A stretch of DNA of 57,020 nucleotides, counting the filler, from Sphacelaria rigidula (lineage: Eukaryota), in NCBI GenBank assembly GCA_964200075.2. It is 8 parts of 8 records of this genome, joined end to end, with 100 filler letters (N's around TTAATTAATTAA, not from the genome) between each part and the next. Parts side by side here need not be neighbours in the genome. Positions count along the whole stretch, not along the records: positions 42,842 to 49,881 come from CAXNAA020016813.1; positions 49,982 to 57,020 come from CAXNAA020016814.1; 6 more parts are not named here. One strand, given 5' to 3'. This document shows, piece after piece, positions 47,799-57,020 of the stretch. Every line of letters starts with the position of its first letter. Position 1 is the first letter of the stretch. A program made the translations under genes and the position numbers. The notes below the pieces were generated by a model, which was given only the letters and a program-made list of their open reading frames with translations, did no database searches and had not been told where the DNA came from.

Positions 47799-47867
47799 CA
47801 TTTGAGCGGCAGCGAAGTTACCGTACTTGCTCCAGTCGTAGCTGTCCCCCGTCGCCTTCCGAGCGGC
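47799..47867 (-). CDS. Exon of the contig-7 unknown gene (AARKATGDSYDWSKYGNFAAAQM)
   Basis: Acceptor GTCAACAG|, donor ATG|GTGAGG, 69 bp, phase 0-0. Confidence 0.7.
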
Positions 47868-47989
47868 CTGTTGACGGACGAGTCGTGCGGCGGTAGGGCG
47901 GTGGAGCTTACGGAGAGGGGGGGGGCAGCTGATGCCAATAACACGACGACGACAACAAACATGACAACCATGATCACCAGGTGGCAACG

Positions 47990-48060
47990 ACCAACAACAA
48001 CAACAACAACAACAACAACAACGCCACCAAAGAACCCAACACCAACACCAATACCAACAC
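47990..48060 (+). repeat. (CAA)n / (CCAACA)n microsatellite (intronic)
   Basis: Read directly from the sequence. Confidence 0.9.
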
Positions 48061-48164
48061 AAATCACATATTCAGGCTGTTCGAATCCCAACCGTCACCC
48101 CCTCACCAAGCCACCTTGACCTGATCAACCCAAGCGCAACCTCACAAACTGCCCCGACCCCAAC

Positions 48165-48342
48165 CTGGTGTGCAGTTTTCAAGCCCAGTTTTGCAGCGGC
48201 CCCAGCCCCCTTCGCCGACGCTTCACCCGACAACGATGGCACTGTCTTGCCGTGATCGCCACCCGAGCTGGCCGAATCGTGGTCCGGCTTCGGGCTAAGC
48301 CGCCGAGAATGCCTACTCTCGTAAACCTTCGGAAGCTGCGAC
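48165..48342 (-). CDS. Exon of the contig-7 unknown gene (SQLPKVYESRHSRRLSPKPDHDSASSGGDHGKTVPSLSGEASAKGAGAAAKLGLKTAHQ)
   Basis: Acceptor CTCTTGACAG|, donor CAG|GTTGGG. Ends in phase 0, in frame with exon 47799-47867. Confidence 0.65.
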
Positions 48343-49168
48343 CTGTCAAGAGATACTGATCCTATTTTCCCTCCGCGAATCCGCTTTGATTCACAGTCGG
48401 CAGCGGGAGAGAGGAAAGCACAGGGGACAAGGCGGGATGGAGCGAGAACATGTTGCGCTCGAGATTTCTTATTTCAATAAATTAAGCGATTTTCTCCTCC
48501 ACGCATTGTGAACACTCGCTGCTCCACCCCCCACGTCATCCAACTCACCCGCGCGCCCCCCTGCGCATGAACGGTAGATACCATCCCCCGGGACGGCTAC
48601 TTCTCTGTCCTCTGCGCCACCATGCGCCCACTGCCGAGGTTCAACTCAACCAACATTGTTATATCCTATTATGCGTCAAGTATCAAATTTGGAGTCTCGG
48701 TAAGTATCAAATTCGGACTCTCGGTGTGTTTGGCAAAGTATCAAACTCGAAAGTCCAATTCTTGGTCCATTTAGCCTCGGACACCCCCCTGTTGAAACCA
48801 TCTCCATCTCTCCCGTACACCTCCGCCCGCCTGACCCTCCACATCTTCCCCAGACCTTCTACACGCCGCCCACCGCGATCTCCTGCCGAACCTCCGAAGC
48901 CTCGAAAGCACGAGGAAAACGCAGTACAGCAGTCCCTAGCGACGCCGTTCTTTAACGCGCGCGCACATTTAGCATATATACACGTAGATGGATATATATA
49001 TACATGTATATGTGTGTGCGTGTGTACTATTCTTCACACATTGTTTTGACTCACCACCTGCAATCGACGTTGCGCCTGGTCCGTGCTTTGGGAACCTGGT
49101 GGCGTCAAAGCGGTCCACTTCATGCCCGTGTTTTCGTTCCTACAGGGTGACATCGACGGAGTCTTCGC

Positions 49169-49278
49169 TCGGTCGGTCGATCAGTCGGTCGGTCGGTCGG
49201 TCGATGATTGAAGCGTCGATCGGTCGGTCGGTCGGTCGGTCGGTCGGTCGGTCGGTCGGTTCATCGGTAGGCCGGTCG
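49169..49278 (+). repeat. (TCGG)n tetranucleotide microsatellite
   Basis: Read directly from the sequence. Confidence 0.92.
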
Positions 49279-49393
49279 ATAATTCGTGTATGGGACGACA
49301 AAATAAAAATAATGGAACATTAAAAATGGTTTGAAAAAAAAAAAAGCACGAGATCGTCGCGACGAAGGGTGCTTCATTTGTGTACCAAACCCC

Positions 49394-49487
49394 TGTGTTG
49401 ACCTTCCGCCCGTGTGATCCCGACTGATGCGCCCACATACACCGAAATGTGTAGACTGACGTCCAGAAGAGATGGCACGACAACACA
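49394..49487 (+). mobile_element. (CA)n-tailed short repeat, copy 3 of 3
   Basis: TGACCTTCCGCCCGTGTGATCCCGACTGATGCGCCCACATACACCG...CGACAACACAC. Confidence 0.75.
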
Positions 49488-49689
49488 CTCCAATATAAAC
49501 CAATGACGTCGGATTGGCATGGACCGGTTCGGTTCATGACGGTTTCAAGAATATGTGTACATATAATATATATTTACACATGTACGTAGTTGCGAATCGT
49601 TTGGTTTCTTCCTCGCTACTTCCTCTCCTACAGGCGGAAAAACATGCAAGATAATAAATACATGTATGAGAGCTCGCCGTCACCCGGGG

Positions 49690-49881
49690 GCGTAGTGCCG
49701 GGGGGTACTCATTTGTTGCTCGCCTTAGTCGTTCCACCATTGACCACGCATCCCTTTCGAGACGGAGCGGGGGGGAGGGTGTACTCATGATCACGCATGT
49801 CATAGCCGCAAGACCATTGACCTCGCATCCCTACAATGCCGGGACGGAGCACGCCGGGTTTTCGCCGGACCAGGCTTGCAC
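49690..49881 (-). mobile_element. Two stacked LINE 3'-end fragments
   Basis: The minus strand gives GGGATGCGAGGTCAATGGTC...CATGAGTACACCCTCC (as at 21062), followed directly by APSRKGCVVNGGTTKASNK* (as at 40430-40500). Confidence 0.7.
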
Positions 49882-49981
49882 NNNNNNNNNNNNNNNNNNN
49901 NNNNNNNNNNNNNNNNNNNNNNNNNTTAATTAATTAANNNNNNNNNNNNNNNNNNNNNNNNNNNNNNNNNNNNNNNNNNNN
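49882..49981. other. Artificial contig-joining spacer
   Basis: Same 100-bp spacer. Confidence 0.99.
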
Positions 49982-50349
49982 CCGTCCTGTTTCGCTGTCT
50001 CTGGCCACCATCTATCCCCTAGTATAGCCATCGTTTTATCATCAGTTTTGAGGGGGAAAATCCGAACGTTGGGCCGCTTCAGGTGCGCCTTTCGATTTTC
50101 ATGTCACCCTACTCCTTCTGCTGTTATACCCTGAGCTGAGTAGCCCTACTTTCAGCCGTGCGTCGTTGCTTGGTCACGACGGGTGGTCGTATGATCCTGC
50201 ACTCGTTATGTACGTTTTTCTGGAGGTCGAAGTGAGCGTATCCAGTGCAAATCGCTTTACTAAGCCTGCCCCGCGCCTCCACCCCCACAACGTACTGGAT
50301 CGTTTCACCTTGTTGGGTTATGGATTAGCACAAGGCACAAGATACCTTA

Positions 50350-52690
50350 TTGCCTCTTTCTCTGTGCGAGAGATTGACGCAGCGACAGCGGAATGTGAAT
50401 CGGGTTCTGTCGTTCCGTACACTGCGATACATGATTTCGGTCATACGACGAACTGATGCCATGCATAACATGTTTTCTTTTATACCTACGGCGGCAGTCG
50501 CCGGCGGCGGAAAAGTTCCGGTTCATGTCAGAGAACCTCAGAGAGACCGGACACAAGGTTTCTGACCATGTCTATCTACCCGCAGCGTTTCAGTCGCGTA
50601 GATATATGCATACGGACACATATACTGTAACTCGAAGGGTATGTGTTCAACTTGCAACTTCGGCGCCTGTTCACATTTTTTCACCACTCTAAAATAAACT
50701 CGCAGCAGCAACTATGTACGAGCAATCCCCCGCCCCCATTCGTACATGACTCCCCCTCCCCTCCCTCAGTCCCCTTGCGTCGCAAAAGGAAAGCTACACC
50801 ACCAACAAGCTTGTGTCGAACGGGCCTATCCCAACTCCTACGGAGAGTGCTTTCCGCATCATCACCGAAGATGTTTCCGGCCTCGTAGCCCCTGAGGGGG
50901 GTGTTGGCGGCGAAGGATGTCGAATTCAAACAACTCCTCGTGGTGCCCCCTTGACCTGAAGATGCGACGAGCACATAACCTTCAAACGACTTTCTTGTCG
51001 GGGCTCGAAGCAGATGAGCGAACGCACATGGGTAATTTTACAGGGCTCCGTAGATTACTGTTTTTTGTGTGCTCGTCATACCGTGCGTTGAACCGTTAAA
51101 AATCGTGGTTCTTTGGGGCGGCACGATGTGATTCATCGAGGGCTAAGTAGTGGAGTTGGAAGGTATTTGGTTGGTTATAGCCCCTCCGATTTTCGACCCT
51201 ATTTAGTGAATTGGGCAATATAAACGCGGAGTTTTGCACGTCATCGTTATCAAAGCATCAAAGCATGTTGTCAGCAACATTCATGAACCCAAGCTTACTA
51301 CCGATTCATCGAGTCGTCTTGAAGCACACCCGGAACCTGTCACACGTATGCCATACTACGGGACGAGTCGATACCCCATGTGTGCGAGAGAGCTCGAGGG
51401 GATCTTGACGTATAATATCAGCAAACGGCACTTGCCCTCAGAGCTTGAACTGCTTTTCACGTTCATACCACTATGAAGTGCCGCCCTCGACGCGTTGAAA
51501 ACTCTGAAAATCGCGACCACAAAACTTGCGTCTGAAACTTTTCAGAAAGCCACAAAGCGTGATTCTCAGCCTTCCCTCTTTTTTTAATTGCGGCGAGGTA
51601 GATGCCGCTGAACTATTGCAGCAATTCCATGCACGTTGAGATCGCTTCGTGCTCAGCACGCTTTACGTGCAACAAAACACCAGGCCAGGCGAATCAGTAA
51701 CCTGTTCGCGTGCTTCACGGCTGTCAGAAAGTCCGTATCTCTTGCTGCTGAGGTCAATACCCCCAAGGGTGCGGTCCCCCCGTACGATGCATTAGATCAC
51801 AGCAACGACACCTGCCTACGCTGAGAACGTGTTCCCTTGGTGACCCGAGGAGCCGACAAGATGCGAAGACGGCAGGATGCACACTTGTGAGTAGCAAGAG
51901 TGATACAAAAGACCAAGGACGTCAAGACCGACCCAGCGCAGGCTCGGAAACAGAAAGCGATACAAAAAGAGCAGAATGGAGTCGACTAAGTCGAGCGGGA
52001 TGCGGCTAGTAACGCTGTGGGGCGGGGAAATGGGTGCGATTGCAAGGGCAGAAAAGTAGCGGAACGGAAAGCTTGGGCAGCAAAGATGGGGAATCGTAAG
52101 GTTGCCGCCGCCGAAAGGATGCGCAAAGGTCAAACAAAAAGAATACATACCCTAACAACGAGCAGGAGACGAATATGATATGAAACTATATTCCATCGAA
52201 GGCGACCATTTTGTAGAGCAGCGTTTCCCAGACGAATTGGCGGCAGTGCCACAAGCGTTCGTCTCCATATTTCGGCATCAACGTGCCACACAGAGCGAAG
52301 CAGTCGAACGGGGTGCCTCGGTAATGTCATGGATCCCAAGTTTCCACCACAATAATTCCATCATTGATGGCCGACTATTGGATGTACTGCTGCCTCAGTA
52401 GATGCGATTAAGCGGTAAGAGATGCGTCGCTTCATTTTCTGCACTTACGCGCTCCACGCTGATTTTCCGCGCTTGTTGTTTTTTCCTTTTGTGCTTGCTG
52501 CAACTGGGGGCATGAATCCAAGGTACGTAGTAGGAACGGTTACCAGGACGCCTGTGCAGCCGACAGGATCGACGTTTTTTTTTTTGTCATGAGGCAGGTC
52601 AATGCCTTCTTTTGCAGGGTACGCGAAATATGTATGTACAGCCTTGACAGCTGTATTTCTTAACGCCCAAGCCCAGTCTCCCATCAGTCG
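50350..52690 (-). pseudogene. Possible highly decayed hAT transposase
   Basis: Scattered minus-strand peptides in plausible hAT order: AVHTYF (~52630), QVTDSP (~51700), KTTR*IGS (~51310) and RNFSAAG (~50510, cf. dimerisation-domain ERxFS). Very fragmentary. Confidence 0.3.
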
Positions 52691-55494
52691 CCGATGAGCT
52701 CAAGCACATATACTCCCTCGTCATCCCAATGCTACTACTAGATTGAGCCGTCGCTTCGGTGCCGCCGCCAAGGTACACACAATGTTCGAGCGCTCGAACA
52801 TTTTCCGAATGGGAATCCTGTACCGTGGCAGCTGAATTCCGAATCGGTGCTCATTAATGTGTGTGATTGAGGGCGCGACCATTGCGAAGATGACATTTCT
52901 TTTTACCGATATCATCTGACGCCCCGCTTGAAAGAATCCTCACATGTTTGGGGGGGTAGTCACACGTGCAACACCGTCAACATTGTCTGTTCGCATTTGA
53001 AATTGTAGGCTGCGTTAGATTGCCTGTAGCATTTTCTTTTCATCCCGCTGTGGTAGCTGGGTTTATTCTTTGTGGCTTGTTGCATCTCCGTGTGTCGAGG
53101 ATGCGACGTTCTAACCCTAACCCTAACCGATTCTAGTCTTATCGCTCCTGCCTGTTAAGCGGCCAGCACTTCATCACAATATATTGCGCGATGCCCTTCG
53201 CCTTTCGCTCATTCTTGTTGCTCCAGTGAACCAATAGTCTAATGCAATACAAGGGAGGGGGGGTGACAATGCAGCAGCTGTTTCGGTTGCATTGTCACCC
53301 ACTGCGGCGTTCGCATTTTTCGTGACCAACGAATCGACCATCACGTGCATTTATTGGTGTCTTCTCGTTCGGAGATGCATATATCTGTGCGACCTGCGCC
53401 TGCATGTGTCGGGATGTCGGCTAATCGTGGCCAGCCGTTGAGCACCCGCGAACAGTGCGTTGCTTACGGCCGCGGTCCGTTGGCGGAGGCGTCAATTGTT
53501 CATGGGATCGATCTTGTGACAATCTCGTCGACAAGTTGCACATCTTCCATTATCTCATTTCATTCAGGCATAGCTCCGAAGACGCTGCTCCCCCTCGTGA
53601 TGCGTGCTGGCAATGACTTGTGCGAGAATTCGGCGAGAAGCCATATGTCTGAGGCTATCTTCATGAGCGGGTTTGAACAGGCGACATGCCGGGAAAGCCT
53701 GCAAGGGGCTACATAAATCAAGCTGAAGCCGTGGGGCATGGCATGCGAATTGCTGGCCACGTCTCCATACGTTTGAAAAATTGCAAGCTTGCGGTGCGAA
53801 TGGAATCCCAGGGTCGGCGCCGTACACGGTGTGGGCCTCACTCTCCATATTTTAGGAAGATTCTCAATCTTCTACAAAGATACCTGCCTTTTTTGCCTAG
53901 ACGCTCCTGACTGGGTGCGGTATCGCCAACCCCATTCACGTACACGCAGTAGGGTGCCGGCCAAAGAGGGAACATATCGTGAAATTATTTCGGGCGCGCC
54001 GAAATGTGGTCGGCAGGTTGATTGACCGCTGCCTGGGCCACAAGAACGCACTCGTCGGCCAACATTTCCGTGCTCGCGAAGCACAAAGATCGCACGATGT
54101 CGATGTTTCTCACTCGTAGTTCCCATCCGTTACTGTTGTTAAAGCATGATGATTAATAAATACGGAATATCTTCAACCTTCGCAGGTTGCTGTTGTGGGC
54201 TTGTCCGCTCATTGCCAACAGAGCCGACTCATATCACCATTTTTTTGCGATCATCCCACCGCCGCCATGATGCGCAGGTTATCGACGATGCGAGTTTACA
54301 CTTGAGCGAAAATGTGTCGACTTCTCACACACTCCTCTCCGTCCCAAACTGATTGATTCATACGCACAGCGCGTTCAACCACGCTACGCACATGATCTCA
54401 CCGAGAACATTCAAACGACGTCAAACTGGGATTCGCTCACACATGCTGTCGACAACGGACATGAGTGCGTCGTCAATACTGTCATATCGAAAACTAGAAT
54501 TCAGCGCCTGTATGATTCAGACATTGTTGAGACTTACGGCTAACTACTCTGCATCTTCACAGCAGACCACGTTTGCCAACAAGGATATGCTCACCCCCCA
54601 CAGATTACCTCTGGTTCCGTCCTGTCTGTACGAGTTTCCAGCTGTAGAACTCTGGTCGTCAACCAATAACGCCAAAGGAAACAGCCCAGGGCCGATGTAG
54701 ACGATGAAATCTCGCGATGTTGAGTCTGATGTTTTGCTTTTTCTCTATGCCTTCCATGTTGGTTTCCGTTCCGTTGCTTGTTAGCCGGTTTGACCGGTTT
54801 CTTTTTTGAATGATGATGTAGGTTCACGTTTCTGATTTGGATCATGTGCACCTGCAGATCTCAGCATTACCGTCTGCTTTTACGCACTCAGGCGCACGCA
54901 CATCTCTGATACTGCGCACGAGTCTGCACAACATACTACCGCCGTGTTGTACTGTGGATAAGGGTTTGCTGTTCTTGAGATAATCATGATTATATTGGGC
55001 GCCGGCGCTGTTACGGCAGTGATACTGAATGTGTGAGTGTACTAGGTGGGTACAACGCGACGTTCGTACAACCATCGTTTTCGCGTTTCTGTCGGCGGAA
55101 ATTCGAAGCACCGACGGAAGGTTTCCAAAAGCAAAGGCTGATGCCGCGACAGCTCCGCCCAGAAACTTGAGTAGTTCGGGGAGGCAAAATCTACATGTAA
55201 ATTGAAATGACAAACGCCGAGCACATCGAATAGCTGGGAACGCTCACACTTTGGATCGTGTTCACCAATGTCAACCACGTGAGGCCCTTCGTGCAGTCTG
55301 AAACCAGTTTTCATGCACTGTATGACTATTTCTCTTCGTCACAGTTTTGGGACTGTTTTTTTTTTTTTTTCGGGGGGGGGGGGGGGGGTATACCGCGGCA
55401 TTCATCACTCAAACCCATCGTTGAGGATTGACCTAGTAGACAGCCAGGACTCCTCGAACAAAGCGTGCATCCTTAGTTCTAACTCCCTTCTCAC

Positions 55495-56511
55495 CTGAAT
55501 ATTTTCAATGCGCTGTTTCAGTGATACCTCCTCTGACTTCCGTCGGATGCGTGCCTTACGGCTACTTTGCCTGTTTTGCTCCCGGCTGCGCTTAAGCCGA
55601 TACTCTGCGCTCATGCTCTGATCACCGGAGCATTCACCATCCGAGTCGCTATCGGCGTGATGGTCTCCCACGGCCGCCTTCCTCTTGTCCAGCACCGGGA
55701 GCACGTCGGGCGGATCAACCGCAGAAACTCCACCACCGCCCAAGCCGTAGCCCCAATCATAGCTGCAGTCTCCACTAGGTCGACAATCCCGACTGTCGCT
55801 GTTTCTCTGACATGATCTAGCGGAAAGCCCATCACCAGCCGCGTCCCGGCCCAAGCCACGACAGTCAGCGGAATCGTGGTACGGTTGTGGAATGAGACAG
55901 AAGGCCGCCCTGGTACCCCCTCGATCATCTGTCGGCGTTCTGTGGTTGTTTGTTGAGAGTGATGTGGCTGATGAACGGCCGGACAACACGGCAGCTGAGG
56001 TTGTGCCGTATTCACGATGGGCCGCGGCGCCTTTTGCTGGGCGGTACGAGTTTGAACACACGCCCACAGACACTGCAGCTGCGGCCGCTGCTACCGCCGC
56101 CACTGCCGCCGCCGCCGCCGCCGCGTGCTTCCGCCTGAGCATGTTTGCCGTGTAATCGGAATCTGCGTCGGCAGTCTGCATAGCGGACGCGGCTGTATCT
56201 ACGGACGACACGGTACGCCGTGCAAAAGAGGTGATCAGAGTAGCATGTGAAGGAGCACGCCGCTGATTCGGCGCGGTTTCCACGACGGGTATGCCGGTGC
56301 AGGTTGTTCCTACATGTGCAGTGTCATCGGTTTTGCCCACGGCGGGGGCGCCTCGACGCGTTTTGGGAAGCTGTTGCGGGTGGATCGCCGAGCTGCTGAG
56401 GGCCTTGATGGCGATATCCTTCAGCTCTGAGGATGCGGTTGGCGATGGTGGGCCAGCACCAGGAAGCTCCTGAGGCAATGGTCGTGGTGCTTTGGTGAAG
56501 GATGCCGCCAT
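55495..56511 (-). CDS. bZIP transcription factor, probable first coding exon (low-complexity N-terminus, basic region and start of zipper)
   Basis: RLKRSREQNRQSSRKARIRRKSEEVSLKQRIENIQ fits N-x7-R-x9-L-x6-I. Acceptor TTTCCCCACTTCCAG| (56515) lies just before ATG 56511; donor CAG|GTGAGA at 55494. Contains a poly-Ala tract. Confidence 0.82.
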
Positions 56512-57020
56512 TCCCTGGAAGTGGGGAAACGTCAAAGCAAAGAAGCACCAGTCATTCTGCCGAGCTTCTGGCGCAGATCTGCCTTGCCAAAAATTGCGGA
56601 GCATCCTCTGATTTGCGGAAGTGCGGGCGAACTCATGATTGGCCTGAGATGAAGGCGAAGGTAAAGATCCAAACTGGTAGAGTAAGATCAAATGCTGAAG
56701 TACATAATCCAAATCCTCGGACCGTTCGAGTGTTACTTCTGTCTCGCATTATACCGCATGCTCTTCGACATTTCAAGATCCGCGCAATTTGAACCAGTTT
56801 TTGCCACGTGTCGTCGGATATTCGAGCCTCGCAGAGGAAATATTAATAGCTTCTTTCCATCATTGCTTTGTGGCCGTCGACCGAGCTTGTGCCCCCCCGG
56901 GGGTCTCGTGTTGAGTCACCGTAAGTGGTGCTGAGTGTCAGTCGCAGTAATACCGTAATTGTGCGAGTCATCGCACACCCCCTGGACCGAATTTCAAAGC
57001 TCGATTACTCCACGACGAAG

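Noticed and set aside
53261..53300. 13-15 bp stem hairpin (GGGTGACAATGCA...TGCATTGTCACCC) as a SECIS element, Helitron end or terminator
   Set aside because: It lacks the SECIS AUGA/GA core and has no CTRR end at the expected distance. Function is unsupported.
56515..56712. N-terminal extension of the 435-aa bZIP ORF
   Set aside because: It is upstream of a good splice acceptor and likely intron or UTR. The ORF tail after 55494 is likewise intronic.
1..57020. Gene neighbourhood or cluster linking NAP1, EF-hand-Tic20, bZIP and the repeat proteins
   Set aside because: The genes lie on separate contigs concatenated by length with artificial spacers, so adjacency carries no information.

Overview
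Eukaryotic nuclear DNA. It is most consistent with a brown alga or related photosynthetic stramenopile; this is inferred from GT-AG introns, a nucleus-encoded Tic20-type protein, TTAGGG tracts and the transposon landscape. The window is not one locus. It is eight unrelated contigs (7041, 6 x 7040 and 7039 bp, sorted by length) joined by identical 100-bp N44-TTAATTAATTAA-N44 spacers, so adjacency across spacers has no biological meaning. Coding content is five partial genes: (i) a ~2.4-kb exon for a very acidic protein with nine 38-aa repeats (minus strand, contig 2); (ii) a single NAP1/nucleosome-assembly-protein exon (contig 3); (iii) the last two exons of a protein fusing an EF-hand pair to a Tic20/Ycf60 membrane domain (contig 6); (iv) a multi-exon gene for a Ser/Ala/Pro-rich, probably disordered protein with a 2.58-kb exon (contig 7); (v) a bZIP transcription-factor exon (contig 8). 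Contig 4 is entirely a ~62-bp satellite with ordered variant monomers. The rest is a dense set of short DNA elements: tandem arrays of ~100-bp TTAA-bounded piggyBac-like MITEs that host other MITEs, Tourist-like, Stowaway-like and hAT-like MITEs, an AAC...GTT family with 4-bp TSDs, and a TGT...ACA element carrying telomeric repeats. LINE 3' ends, decayed hAT transposase fragments and microsatellites are also present. Most short ORFs in the supplied track look spurious. All calls were made by eye, without database searches.
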